The notes: a model not told the origin generated them from the letters alone. A stretch of 64,000 nucleotides of DNA from Octopus vulgaris (GCA_951406725.2 OX597842.1:21700001-21764000), one strand, 5' to 3'. Positions 12,460-26,330 are shown, counted from the first letter of the stretch. A program made the numbers and translations.

Positions 12460-15400
12460 CCCTATGAAATGAAGTGAAGCAAAAAGCTATTAGGCTGTCC
12501 TTGTCAGGTCAGGTCTGTTATATGCAGCATCGGATCCTACTACTGGTAAACTGTAAACCAGTACAACCTGTGTCAGTGGGGTAGAAAGGGCTCCTTTTGC
12601 CGTAGTGAAGGCAATCTATCTAGGGAGATAACCTTACAATAAATCACTCGGTCCGTAGCATAGAAATACTGGGTTGACGTCCAGCGGGAACAGCTTTGTT
12701 TCATGGAGGAGGAAAGATCTTCTTTAGTACTTGGTTGTACAATGCTTTCCAATGTGTGTAGTAGCGACGTGCGCACACATTATTAGCCATTTGAAAAGAT
12801 TATGGAATTTACAATTAACTGCACCAGGGTTCCTCTTCCCCAGGGAACCAGACCTAATGGTATACTTGCGGATGTAGGTCCAGCCCTTGCTTTGCCGGGT
12901 CCTGTCTCTGATCACGTTGCACCTCCAAGGGCATCCATTGACGGTGATGCCCTCAATCTTAACAGACGGGTATCACCTGATGGAGAAGAGTCAGCTCCCA
13001 ACCAAACAACACCAAACAAACACCTCATCAGCTGTAAAAATCATACGATACTCAGCACCTTCAATGCCCGCACTCTCGGTTCTCTCGGCCGTCTAGAAGA
13101 ACTTGGCATTGATATAATAGCTGTCCAAGAACACCGATTTTACCACCCTGACAACATCCTCAAATACCATCAAGTCGGTTCTTATCAACTTGTAACCTCC
13201 TCAGCTTCAAAGAATACTATTAATTCAACAGTTGGAGGTATCGGATTTCTACTTTCATCAAAAGCCAGTGATACTCTCTTGAGTATAGAGTCAATCTCAC
13301 CTAGAATTATGGTGCTTGAGATAGATGGGAACCCGAAAACAACATTGGTATGTGTGTATAGCCCACATAATTCGTCTGTGGCAAACGAGATTGAGAATTT
13401 TTATACAACCCTTCGATCAACCATTGAGCAAGTACCTCTCCATAATTTTCTAGTTATAGCTGGTGATCTGAATGCTAGACTAGGACCCGATGAGACCAAA
13501 TTTACTTTCAACTCTAAAACTAATCGGAACGGAGAAATGCTCAAAGACTTCTTGGCGGAATTTAATCTCTACACCTCCAACAATTATTTTATGAAACCAA
13601 AAGGTCAACTTTGGACATTTGAGTCCCCACTTGGTGATAAAGCACAAATTGACTACCTCATCTTTCGAAAGAAATGGCGCAATAGTGTTAAAGACTCGAG
13701 ATCCTACTCTTCCTTTAGTTCTGTCGGCTCTGACCACAGAATTGTATCAGCTACCGTTAAGCTTAGTCTTCGCTCATCCAAAGAAGCTAAGCCTCATCCG
13801 ATGAAAACGATCGACTGGGAGGAAGTCTTATCTAACCCCGATATGTCCAAACAATTTACTATTGAGGTCTATAACACATTTCAATCTTTGTCTACTTCTG
13901 AAATAGATGCTGAGAACATTGAAGAAGTATACAGCAGCCTCATCAAATCAACAGAGGAAGTTGCACTGGCTACTCTTCCCAAAGAGAAGAGTAGGGGCCA
14001 GAGCAAACTTTCTAATTCCCCAAATGTCATCGAAGCCAGAAACCATCTAAAGTCTATATCACTAGCTTACCACCGTTCTCCATCCCAGTCACTGAAGATC
14101 CAACTCAGCTGCCAAGAAGAATCTTGATGAGACTTACTTGAACGCCGAGGTCAACTTTATCAATGGCAAAATTAGCAAACTATCCAAAGAGCACATTAGT
14201 AAAAAACACCATCAAAGATCTATCAGGCAAAAATTCTGGGTCATCAATTAGAATTAAAGGGGGATCAGCTAAGAAACGTTTAGAAAATTGGTCAACTCAT
14301 TTTAAAAACCTTCTTGGGAAGAATGCCAAAATCCCTGATAACCCCACTCTTCCAAGTGTGCCTATATCAGACACGCTGGACATCAACACCCCTTTTACCA
14401 TATTTGAACTAACAGCAGCCACCAAGCAACTAAAAGCCTCGAAAGCATTTGGTCCCGACAATATCCCAGCTATAATTTGGAAAGATGATAGATTTCACAC
14501 ACTCTGCTAAACCTTTGCAACCACACACTTTCCACCTTTGTCACTCCAAAGATTTGGCACCAGTCTCAAATCATCCCAATACCCAAAAAAGGCGGTTTAT
14601 CCCTCGTCACCAACTACAGGGGTATATCTCTAATGTGAATTGCTGCAAAACTCTACAACAAACTGATTCTAAATCGTCTTGTCCTTTTTGTTGAACCTTT
14701 GCTCCGAAAGAACCAAAATGGATTCAGACATGTGTGCCCAACGCTGAGCCAGATACTATGCCTACGCAGACTTATTGAAGAATCAAAATCATTTAATCGC
14801 GATCTTGCAATGGTATTTGTAGACTTTTCTAAAGCGTTCAACTCTGTAGACAGGTACAAGATGTTTGAAATCCTTAAGCTCTATGGGATACCAGACAAAA
14901 TCATTTCTGCCATCAAGGTCCTCTACACAGATACGTCTTCAACCATCCTAACCCCTGACGGAGAAACATCATCTTTCTCAATCAAAGCCGGAATACTGCA
15001 GGGAGACACACTCGCCCCATTTCTTTTCATCATTGTTGTTGACTATGTGCTACGTATGTCAGTTGATACCATCTCTGGCAAGGGCTTTGAAATAAAACCA
15101 AGAAGAAGTTCCAGACACCCAGCTGAATACTTGACAGACACTGACTTTGCTGACGACATCGCTCTTATCAGTGATTCTCTCTCCAATGCCCAGTCTCTTT
15201 TACAATCTCTCGAACAAGCCTCAAATTGTGTAGGTCTTTACCTCAATGAGGCCAAGACTGAATATATAAACAAGTGCCTGTCCAACAGTGATTGCATCAT
15301 CCATACTCTCAACAATGCGCCCTTAAATATGGTTTCTGATTACAAATATCTTGGGTCATACATATCATCATCTGGAAAAGACTTTCTAACTAGAAAGGGT

Positions 15401-15898
15401 ATGGCCTGGTCAGCCTGTAATGACATGCATAAGATCTGGTCATCAAATCTAAGTAGAGACTTCAAACTTGAAATCTTCAAAGCCACGGTCGAACCAATTC
15501 TACTATATGGCTCAGAAACCTGGACGTTATCAAAGAAGCTTGAGAGGCGGTTGGATGGAACCTACACTCGCCTCCTTATGAGAGCTCAAAATCTCTCGTG
15601 GAGGCACCATCCAACCAAATGCAACTACCACCTGTGTCATCTCTTGTGAAAGGTAGGAGAGTCCAGTTTGCTGGACATTGTTGTAGGGCTGAAAAAGAGG
15701 TAATTTCTACTCTTCTCCTCTGGAAGCCATCTACTCGCGATACCAGAGGGCGCACACTCTCCTACCCTGATGTAATCTCCATGGATACAGGCATCCAGCA
15801 ACAGGACCTCCGTAATGCCATGATGGACCGTGAAGTCTGGTGTAGCATGGTAAATTCCATTGTCTCGACCACGGTCGAACAATGATGATGATGATGAT
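12460..15898 (+). mobile_element. Near full-length RTE-clade LINE (APE endonuclease + reverse transcriptase), frameshifted, with (GAT)n tail
   Basis: APE motifs TFNARTL, AVQEHR, VYSPH, GDLNARLG, QIDY and SDH (12802-14127). RT motifs FVDFSKAF, GILQGDTLAPFLF, DFADDIAL, YLGS and LLYGSETWTL (14163-15885). Ends in tgatgatgatgatga. The 5' boundary is approximate. Confidence 0.92.
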
Positions 15899-16279
15899 TG
15901 TTTCTCTGTAATATTTGTTGTAGTATTTATCGTTAAATTAGCAGCTCCTTACACGCGCTTTTATTTCGTTAATTTGCTTATATTTCACCAACTTACACTA
16001 TCTATCTATCTACCTACCTATCTATCTACCTATCTTTCTACCTATTTTCTACCTATCTTTCTACCTATCTATCTATCTATCTATCGATCTGATTGACTGT
16101 CTGACTACTTGTTGTCCTGTCTGTCTGCCTGCAGTCTTCCCGCCTTTTTGTGTGTCTGACCTACTATTTGCCTTTATCTATGCACGCATCTATCGGTTTG
16201 TCTGTCTGTCTTATTGAAACCTTGTAGTCCAAGGGAACTTTATGCTATGTGAATCCCTTACACCCAATAGTTACAATCC

Positions 16280-18800
16280 ATGCCACATAACCAAGTTTAC
16301 ATCTGAAACCTGTCAACTGAATGTAATTGAATTTAACCAAATAAATACATAAAATGTTTAAATGAATCTCTCAATGCAAAATGTTTCCATCGAAATTAAA
16401 TACAACAGGTTTTACCACCTCACCATTGCATACTCCGACGAAAAACCTTTCTTTCTTTTTTCATATCCGAAAAATCTTTAGCGATTGTTCTGTTCTCTAC
16501 ACCCAAAGGCAAAAGCACAGATCACTCATCGTTTCCTGAGTCCTCTTGATTCTCAGATGCTCCATTTACAGTCCGAATTTTCTGAATTGTCTCTCTCCTG
16601 AACAACCAGTGGCCATCAGGCTCAAGATATATTTCGAAGTGTTACATCAATATTTGGAAATGTTTCAGCAGACCCCCTCACGTGGATAAAAAATGCCTGG
16701 CAGGATGGAGTGAGACATGGGCTGAGCTTACAAAGGTTGCAAATTTGGCAATTTCTTCTTTTTCAGGGGATTTAAGCCTCACATCTTATTTATGTGTCAG
16801 ATAAACTACATAAGGTCACTATAACATTGAACTTGTCACACACTGGTTGATAGGCTACTCAGAGTTTTTATAAATCAACCGATAACTGATTTAAAATGAT
16901 ATTGAATATTCTGAATCCGAATTTTTCTCTTGCAGAAAGGACAAATTCCCCTGGGTCATAATGTTTGTCTCTCTTCCTTGGCCAACCTTTACGGTCTGTG
17001 TTTTCACACATGTCAATTGCATCCAGCGACAATTCTCCATATCTATTCCGAAGTGATTTCAGAAAGTTTCATAAAGCATCAGTTAGATCCACCACGTTAT
17101 CAAGATCTACTTCAACTCCTTGAAAAGCTTTATATCTACTATTAAACCGTAGATGAATTATATTCCAGATTCTCACCAACAGAACGGTTTCAAGGCAATC
17201 CATTTTCTCTGCTACTGCCTATATTCCATACCTTGCTTCAGGTGTTTGTTCCATATCATCTCCAATATTCTTCAGTAGATTTTGAATGCAGTTATGTCCA
17301 TTCCATTATATCTTTCCTTCTCTGTATTTAGGCAGATACGAAAAGGAGTATAGACATAGTAAGAATGCAAAATAGTTAACAACTTCAAAGTAGCAAGATG
17401 CTGTGGTCTGTCCAACAAGATTCAGTGAATTAGCAACACGGTGAATGAAAATTGTAGTTTGGTTCCTTGTCTTAAGTCTGAATCACAGTCCTATATGCTG
17501 ACGGAACATATTACTAGTACTGTCATAGGACTGCTTCTCGCAGTCTTCAATGTTGATTCTTTTTCAAGAAATTCTAACAGGGGTAGTACTTCAACTTTGT
17601 GAGAAAGAGTCTGAAAAAAGTTTAAAACTTTCTATCGGCTTCGCAGAAACAGCATAATGCACAGTAAATGTTAGCTTGTCAACATGAGCCTGGTCCAGTA
17701 TAGAATAACAGAAACTGAGAAATACTTGGCAGCTTTAAATTCTGTTTCAATATGATTCTTAACAGATTCTGACTGACCAATTTCTTTGTAAATGGTACGT
17801 AATATGATTGCTTATCACTTCTGAGATTGCCGACTACTTTCAAATGATCCATCACAAATGGTTCAAACTGGGCAAAAAGTTTTTTAATTATTCCCACCAA
17901 CAAAAAAGAAACGTTCTTGATATGCTTAGATACTATGACCTCATCCCTAATTCTACATTCAAGACCTCTCTCGACTAGAAATATTATGACAGCTACAACA
18001 CGGCCCAATATTTCTTGTTTTCCTCTGTTTGTTTTTCCAAGCCCCTGTTAACATGAAAACCCCTACACTAATGATATTTTTCGACGCAGAATGTTTAGGG
18101 CCTTGACTTTTCTCAAGTGTTTTCGTTTTCTACTTTGCTTTTTCCCGATCGTTGGAAAACCTGTCTCATCGGCTTAACATCAATGTACAGTAAAAGTAAT
18201 AAACGGCACCCTTTGATGGGTGGCACAAGAGCCACTTTATCAACTGCTCCTCAGCAATAACATCAATGGTATAAAAGAATTGAATTATTAAAATAATGAC
18301 AGTTGCACCCGGTTTTCCTTCACCTGACTAATAATGGAGTCGAGATTCTGGGTAGGAATCAGGGGCCTGTTTGTTTTCACATATCACTGATTTTGACTGA
18401 AAGAACGTGGATACATATTTGTGCTGGCATAAAACCACATAGCTGGGCCTAGATCCCTTGATGGTAATTCTTCATCTTCAGTATTTTCGGTTGTCACGTG
18501 GCCCCTATTTTCTGAAGATGTACTTAGTAGTGTAACTGGTTCCTAAAAAGGGATAGCTGATAGTCCCTTTTTCGAAGCATAACAAAATTTCAGTACTATG
18601 TGTCTTTGCCAATGCAGTGGAATTTCTTTCACCATTCTCTTCGGAAATTTTTCTCTTCTAAGCTCCTCCGGACAGTTGAATGTTCCGGGGCATATTGGAT
18701 ATTTTTTGTGAGAATATAACCTGAGTACAAAATACTTTCACTTTTCTTAATTGAAATAGTGTCTGCAAATGTAAGTGTCCAAGGCATTTTCTGAGGATAG
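16280..18800 (-). mobile_element. Degenerate hAT transposase (TTF-type Zn finger / DUF4371-like)
   Basis: KWLLCHPSKGAVYYFYC, RVVAVIIFLVERGLECR...FAQFEPFVMDHLK, AKYFSVS and FIHRVANSLNLVG (CxxHxLNL-like). Many stops. Confidence 0.8.
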
Positions 18801-19287
18801 AGAGTGTTTTGGATTAATATGCGTAGCAGCTGCTGACGATCGTTAAGTTTATATATTTTATTGTCTTGGCTATTTTCCCACCTTTTTTTTACATTTACTT
18901 TTTTACGGTCAGGAAATTATAATGGTAAGTCTACGATGAAATAACAGCAGCTGTTCAATAGAGGTAGGTAAAAATTGGTGGTATAGACAACCTGAAAGAT
19001 GAAGTTGCAAAATAGCACCACCAACCGTGACACGTTCTGAATCCCTGTCGTCAGTTAAAATACAGTCAGACAAATTTATATTTGCTTTTAATAACACGAA
19101 AATAACAATAAAAGTAATTATAATACATTGAAAACATTAATGACGAAACAATCTAAAATATTTTGTTTAAAAAAATGAACAATAAGTTCTAATACGTCGT
19201 AAAATATTAACAGAAAAAATTAAAAACCAATTATATTCGATTAATTAAGCTTTTAGAGATATATTGAGTTAAATATCAGTCAAAATG

Positions 19288-19481
19288 AAACCAATAATAA
19301 TGGGGAATGTTACAAAAATAACTTGGCTACCTTCAATGATCAAAATGAATTATTATTTTAGATTTAGTTTTATTTTTCAAAAGCATTATTAATTTATTAA
19401 GATAGCATAGGAGGAAATAAAACATTCATTATAAATAAGGATAGCCAACTTATTTTTTGTACATTTCGTTATTTTTGGTTT
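19288..19481. mobile_element. Short imperfect inverted repeat (MITE-like)
   Basis: aaaccaataataatggggaatgttacaaaaataacttggctacctt pairs with aaggatagccaacttattttttgtacatttcgttatttttggttt. Confidence 0.5.
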
Positions 19482-20599
19482 AAGTTTCATTGATGTGTCC
19501 CTTACATGACCCTACAGATTTCCAAAGTGACCCTCATCTCACCAAAATTGATTTAGACCAATCTCTGGAAATGGCATTTTCATTGATAACATTGTATTTC
19601 TAGATGGTTCATTTAGTTTTCAAGGCAAGTGCGGAATTTCTGTGAGGACTTCTATTAGTATTGAATGAAGCAAGGTGAAAAGAAAACGATTCATACATGG
19701 CCGTTTGAGCTGCTTTGTACGCCCCATGGCAAAACTGAGGCCCATACAAACACAAACACCCAACACTAAAAACAAGAATTTATATAGTTATGAAAACGAA
19801 ATTGAAGTTCTAGAATGAACAAAACCATGAGATGCTAAACATTGTAGTCTTTTTCGGCTTCATTAAAAGAAATTTCTTTATAGAATGGTTGAATGTGTTA
19901 TGACAAAGAATTTTCAAGGAGTATTTTTTCAGTTTCCAGAATAGTAAATTCAAATGTTTGAACTGGAATAGCATGAAATAGAGAGGAAAAGGTTATTCCG
20001 TGTTCCTGAGATAATAATAGTACAGTCAGTAATAACCATGGACACCTGGTGGATTATATTCATGTGATCATTTCTTCAGGTTATATGGTACTAAAGTTGG
20101 AAGTAGCGGATGTAGAACTGAGAATAACACGGGTGTGCAACTTATGCTTAGCGGAAACCGTGGGTATCATCGCATCCAGAGAAAACATAAATAGACATTC
20201 CGTGTCATGAAAGCAGATATCATGTAAGCATAGAAGCAAGGCAACAATCCTAGAATTCGAAAAATCATTTTGAAGGAGAAAAACATTAACTGCGTTTAGC
20301 ATATAACGGAACAATAGAACGTATAAACGATTAAACAAAAGAACCATGATTTTCATATGCTATACGCTAAACCATTATACCACCAAAAGGAATTAAAAGG
20401 AGAATATCATTTGTCAACTCAGACAACGAACTCCAACAAGTGAATCGCTGTACTTGTAGACCCTACTACGTCTGAATTCATTGAGCAGGTGCCAGCTGTG
20501 ACTAATGGTATACCAACGAACTATACCACCCATCCTAGTATTAGCACTGCTTCTCAGAGGGAGGACGACTAGGGTCAGAAGTGAAACCACAATGCCCAG

Positions 20600-22190
20600 G
20601 GCCTCTTTGCTTAACTCGATTAATTCACAAGAAGAGGGGAAGAATTTGAAAGCGACGAGGGTTCCACAAAAATAGTCCACGGGTGAATTTAGCTCCAGCG
20701 ACAGATCTTAGAAGCGTCCGGTTGAACAATGACTTGAACATTATTCCGGACAACATTATGAAGGGTGACGCTACCGGGAAGGTAAGAAACGTTGTGCAAT
20801 TGGTACAGCAGGCTTTCCAATATAATTTGGGCTTGAAGGAAAGCAAGAGCAACAAGCAGGACAGTTTCCATAAGAATCAGCGTCAGGTGGCAGAATTGAG
20901 GAAAGAGAAAGACAGCTTAAATATGGTGGAAAGAAGCATACGGTGAAAGAATAAAATGAGTTAAGTTAAGTTAATTTTTTGGCTCAAAAAGCAAAAAGCA
21001 AGGCCATGTAGGGGGACATGGAGTTATTTACAGGGTGGTGTTCATGCAAAGAGTTCCGGCCATTTCTGGTCAAGAGAGACTTTGGATCGAGCGGTCGTCG
21101 GCATCTTCACTATCTCGTCCGGCAGCTTATTCCACGGATCCGCAACCGGGACGAAGAAAGCCCCTCTCCTTCGATTGAGATGAAATCGTTGCAGATAGAC
21201 CTTTTCGGAGTGACCCCGCAACCGACGCTCTGGAGCAGGAGTGAAGAACAGCTCTTTCGAGAGGTTACACTTTCCGCTTATGATGTTGTGAGCAAGAATG
21301 AGATCACCATGGCGGCATCGTTTTTCGAGAGAATAAAGGTCGAGCGTCTTCAGCCTTTCTTAATAAGACAAATGCTTGAGACCAAGAACCATACGGGTAG
21401 CCAGCTTCTGGACTCTTTCGAGATGAATTAGTTTTAAAGCAACTGAGCACGGAGTTACGAAGCATTCTGCTCCACCTGCGCACGACAGAATCATATTGGA
21501 AAAGAGAGCGAGAAAGAGGGACAAAGAGAAATAGAAAGAGACCAAGAGAGGGAGAGAGACATAAATGGAAAGGGAGAGGTGGAGACAAAGAAGGCCTTTA
21601 TAAACTTCAAGTTCACGCGGGAGATTAATATACTGTACGGAAGACGAGGAGAGCAGAGTAACATCTGTGAATGATGTCCCAAGAAGAAATATCCCTCTCT
21701 TCTGGTGGAGGGTTATCTTTTCAAGGGACATCATGCACAGAAGAGAAGGGAGGTACCCTAGTCTACTCAGGATGACCCCAAAAGCACATCAGTGATCGGC
21801 TTTGAGGAAAAGGCGAACAACTCACTTTCTGTTGTTTGGTTGGATCTCGACAAAGCGTAACTAAGCGTGTCCTACCAGTTACTTCTAAATGAAATTGAGT
21901 ACTCTCAAGTACCAACGGACATACTTGGACTAACAATGTCCCACGTGTATTCGTTGAGGCTGAGATATACCGTGGGAAATTTCACAACAAAATGGTAGAG
22001 TAGAAAAGGGCATTATGTTAGAATACCCAATTTCCGTGGAGCTAATTGTGGCAGCCACGAACCTATTGCGGGAGGTGGTGGGGAGCAGAGAACTGGTCCC
22101 GAAACTGACGGAAACATACGAAATCCACTATGCAGGGCATTCAGGAAATCCTACGATTACAGAAGGTAGCAAAATAAAGGTAGAAAATCT
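20600..22190 (+). mobile_element. HERO/NeSL-like non-LTR retrotransposon remnant, interrupted by a CR1 fragment (paralog ~36740-38330)
   Basis: DLNIIPDNIMKGDATGKVR...VAELRKE, then VVWLDLDKA*LSV, RYTVGNFTTKW and KGIMLEYPISVELIVAATNLL, resembling WLDLANAYGSV / GIxxGCTISV. Confidence 0.65.
20955..21470 (-). mobile_element. CR1-clade LINE 3' fragment (paralog ~37085-37610)
   Basis: LERVQKLATRMVLGLKHLSYEERLKTLDLYSLEKR...LRGHSEK...DPWNKLPDEIV, with a (TAACT)n tail. Confidence 0.85.
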
Positions 22191-23059
22191 ACCGTCCTCG
22201 CAGCTTTATAGGAACCGTAGCAAAACAATGCTCTGAGATCCATACAAACACAAACAACAACCACTAAAGTTTATGTGAATATAATCATAGAAAAAGAAAT
22301 TTAATTACGAAAAGGAGCAAACACATGGAATACAAAACAATTGTAGACTTATTTAACGTCATTAATGATCTTTCCTCTGCAGCATGCTTAAGGAGTCTTA
22401 TGACCGATAATAAAAAAATCAGAGAATATTGGAGGAGTACTTTTCCTCTTTCCAGAGTTGTAATTACAAGTGTTTGAGAACTGGAATTGTACAAAACGGC
22501 GGAAAATACAGAGGCAAAGTAAGATAAGAAAAAGATTCGTTATAGTAAAAAAATAAATTTTAGCAAGCATATAATAATTCTAAAACTGAAAAAAATCTCC
22601 TTTGAGCAGATGAGAAATGTAATTTCACAACTAAAACGAAATACAAAATTTTAATTTTTTGATCATATGTAATGTACTTACATGTTCTCTCACAAAGCCA
22701 TTCCGAACTCTCCGATGTCGAACTGAACAATGAAGCTTTGGAGCCGCAATCTATAAAAATGTGCGTGAGCGCGCATGCATCTGTCTCTTTAATGGCAAAC
22801 GGTCATTGATAGGTTATTCGCAGAAAATGACCTCAGAGAATTTGAACAAGAGAGAATGACTTCTATCTTTCTATCTATCTCTTTATCTTTCTGTCTAATT
22901 ATCGTTACACACACACACATGTATATATAAATATGTGTGTGTGTGAGTGTGTATGTGTGACTATCTATCTATCTATCTATCAATCAATCAATATACATAT
23001 GGATAACTAGAAAGATAGATATACACATATCTATATATGCGCAATACATAATTAATCAA

Positions 23060-23260
23060 TTAGTTATGACTTGTCCAGAAACTTCTTGGGGAGTGTTGGC
23101 TTTCATATCAGTTGCTATTGTTGTTGTTTCTCTCTTGTGTTCTTTCGCAATTCCCAGAATAATTTTAGTTGCTTCTGGGACTGACCAGCTACTTGCAGAC
23201 TAATAGCTACTTGCTTTTGGGATTGACTAGCTTCAATTAATTGATGTCATCAAAGTAGTG
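23060..23260 (-). mobile_element. Possible Tc1-like transposase N-terminal HTH remnant (paralog ~39200-39395)
   Basis: QLIEASQSQKQVAISLQV resembles the Tc1 LEAGxSQRxVAxxLxV pattern. Weak. Confidence 0.25.
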
Positions 23261-23539
23261 GAAGATCAGAGTTACACGTAAATGAGAATCCGATAAATAT
23301 TTTAAAAGGTCAGTCTATATTTGTATACTGGGAGAGGACCCCTTCATACAAGATTGCCAGGATCGAAATGGGCCTTCTTCTTTGAAACACCCGGTACCCT
23401 CTGTTGTAGGGTGCTTTTTGATGCCGGGGATGAGGGCGACAATTGCCAGTTTTAATATGGAATAAATCCGTGTATCGGTCTGTCTCTCTCTCTGACACTA
23501 CTTCAGTGTTTATCAATCTATCAGTCAAACTATCTCTCT

Positions 23540-23773
23540 GTCTGTCTGTCTATCTATCTATCTATATATCATTCTATCTATATATCATTCTATCTATCTA
23601 TCATTCTATCTACCTATCTATCTATCTGTCTGTCTGTCTGTCTATCTGTTTATCTATCTATCTGTCTCTCTATCTATCTATCTATCTATCTTTCTATCTA
23701 TCTATCTCTCTATCTATCTATCTCTCTGTCTGTCTATCTACCTATATGTCTGTCTGTCTGTCTATCTGTTTAC

Positions 23774-23848
<75 letters not shown>

Positions 23849-23900
23849 TCTATCCATCTATCTCTCTGTCTGTCTGTCTATCTATCAATCTATCTATCTG

Positions 23901-23931
<31 letters not shown>

Positions 23932-24105
23932 GTCTGTCTGTCTATTTATCTATCTATCTATCTATCTGTCTATCTATCTATGCAGTCATGTGTCTGTCTA
24001 ATAGTGTATTTATGTGTCTACCAATATAAGAATGTATGTATGTATGTATGTATGTATGTATGTATGTATGTATGTATGTATGTATGTATGTATGTATGTA
24101 TGTAT
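23540..24105. repeat. (TATC/TCTG)n followed by (TATG)n compound microsatellite
   Basis: Read directly from the sequence. Confidence 0.97.
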
Positions 24106-24625
24106 CAATCTATCTGTCTATCTCTGTCTGTCTGTTTGTAAGTATCTATTTAACTTCCATCTCTGTCTGTCAGTCAATTTTATATCTGACTGTACATCTT
24201 TTTTTCAATAAATGTATGTGTATATGTACGTATGTACCTATATGTATTTATGTATCCACGTATGTAAGTATGCATGTATGTGTGTATGTATGTTGCGTGT
24301 GTACGTATGTATTTATCTTTTTATGTATGTATCTGTCTAAATATCTAAATATCAATAATAACAAAGGGTAAAATTAATTAATTAAGAAGTAATCAATAAT
24401 TTCACTAAGTAGAATTCGGCATGAAAAAAGGAGCATTTCATGGTAAACTTAAGTAATACTAAATAATTAGGGTTCAGCAAAGATTTGCTTCACCACATAC
24501 CGACGTTTAGAAATAGCAGCCAAAAAACGTTAGCTATTTCTTCTACTTTAAAAAGGGACTCCCAGAAAAACAAAAAGAGTCGTTGTGTATATGCCTGCGT
24601 GGGTGTCTATTTATCTGTCTCTCTC

Positions 24626-25005
24626 GGTAAATAGCTTGCTTACCAACCACATGGTATAGACCCACTGCGTGGCATCTTGGGCAAGTGTCTTCTGCTATAG
24701 CCTCGGGCCGACCAGTGCCTTGTGAGTGGATTTGGTAGACGGAAACTGAAAGAAGCCCATCGTATATATGTATATATATATGTGTGTGTGTATATGTTTG
24801 TGTGTCTGTGTTTGTCCCCCTAGCATTGCTTGACAGCCGATGCTGGTGTGTTTACGTCCCCGTAACTAAGCGGTTCGGCAAGAAATCCGATAGAATAAGT
24901 ACGAGGCTTACAAAGAATAAGTCCTGGGGTCGATTTGCTTGACTAAAGGCGGTGCTCCAGCATGGCCTCAGTCAAATGACTGAAACAAGTAAAAGAGTAA
25001 AGGAA
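24626..25005 (+). mobile_element. tRNA-derived SINE family A, 5'-truncated
   Basis: ggtaa..agcttgcttaccaaccacatgg...ttgggcaagtgtcttc...gacggaaactgaaagaagccc...tgactgaaacaagtaaaagag. Confidence 0.85.
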
Positions 25006-25439
25006 TACATACATACATATATACATACACATACAAACATACATGCATACATACATGCATACATACATACATGCATGCATGCATACATACATACATACAT
25101 ACATACATACATACATACATGCATGCATACATACATGCATACATACATACATACATACATACATAAATACATACATACATACATACATACATACATACAT
25201 ACATACATACATACATGCATGCATGCATGCATACATGCACACTCATACATACATACATACATACATACTTACATACATACGTGCATACTTACGTACATAC
25301 ATACATGCATACATGCATGCATGTATACATACATACACACACACATACATACATACATACACATACATACATACATACATACATACATACATACATACAT
25401 ACATACATACATACATACGTGCATACATACATACATACA

Positions 25440-25475
<36 letters not shown>

Positions 25476-25880
25476 TACACATACATACATACATACACAC
25501 TTGCATACATACATACATACATACATACATACATACATACATACATACATACATACATACATACATACATACATACATGATTGATCGCTAGCTCCAAAAG
25601 TCTTTTTATTCTGTTTATTTCCTCGTGTTCCTTTCTCTGAAGATCGTAGGCTCGAAACGTAAAAGAATTTCTCACCTTCCTGACCGTTAAACTATTACAC
25701 TTGTTTGTTGCTTATACATGTGTCTTCGTCTTTCGTTTGTCTGTAAATTTCAACTATATATATATATATGTGTGTATTTATGCGTTTGTGTTTATATATG
25801 CATATATAGATAGATAGATATACATACATACATACATACATACATACATACATACATACATACATACATACATACATACA

Positions 25881-25916
<36 letters not shown>

Positions 25917-26198
25917 TATACACATAAATACATACATACACACTTGCATACATACATACATACATACATACATACATACATACATACATACATACATACA
26001 TACATACATACATACATACATACATTGATCGCTAGCTCCAAAAGTCTTTTTATTCTGTTTATTTCCTCGTGTTCCTTTCTCTGAAGATCGTAGGCTCGAA
26101 ACGTAAAAGAATTTCTCACCTTCCTGACTGTTAAACTATTACACCTGTTTGTTGCTTATACATGCGTCTTCGTCTTTTGTTTTTCTGTAAATTTTAAC

Positions 26199-26229
<31 letters not shown>

Positions 26230-26330
26230 ATTTATGTGTTTGTGTTTATATATGCATATATAGATACATAGATATACATACATACATACATACATACATA
26301 CATACATACATACATACATACATACATACA
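25006..26330. repeat. (TACA)n tracts enclosing a tandem ~445-bp duplication (25579-26025 / 26026-26330)
   Basis: ttgatcgctagctccaaaag...tagata occurs twice here and once in the paralog (45909-46335). Confidence 0.92.

Larger units (their letters stand above)
19696..22808. mobile_element. Possible hAT-type non-autonomous element termini: 5' end at 19696, related 5'-like segment at ~22195, 3' end at 22808 (paralog ~38325-38942)
   Basis: CATGGCCGTTTG (19696) is approximately the reverse complement of CAAACGGTCATTG (22796). The subterminal gcaaaac...catacaaacacaaaca is shared at ~19730 and ~22220. Confidence 0.35.

Noticed and set aside
12094-15908. TTGTTTCTCTG at 12094 and 15898 as the RTE target-site duplication
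   Set aside because: Low-complexity 11-mer. The left copy lies ~360 bp upstream of the apparent 5' end and within a separate hammerhead-like repeat. Not excluded, but unsupported.
23443-26119. Long YIHT/MYVC/LSIY ORFs (also 39.8-40.2, 45-46, 56 and 62-63 kb)
   Set aside because: Stop-free microsatellite artefacts.
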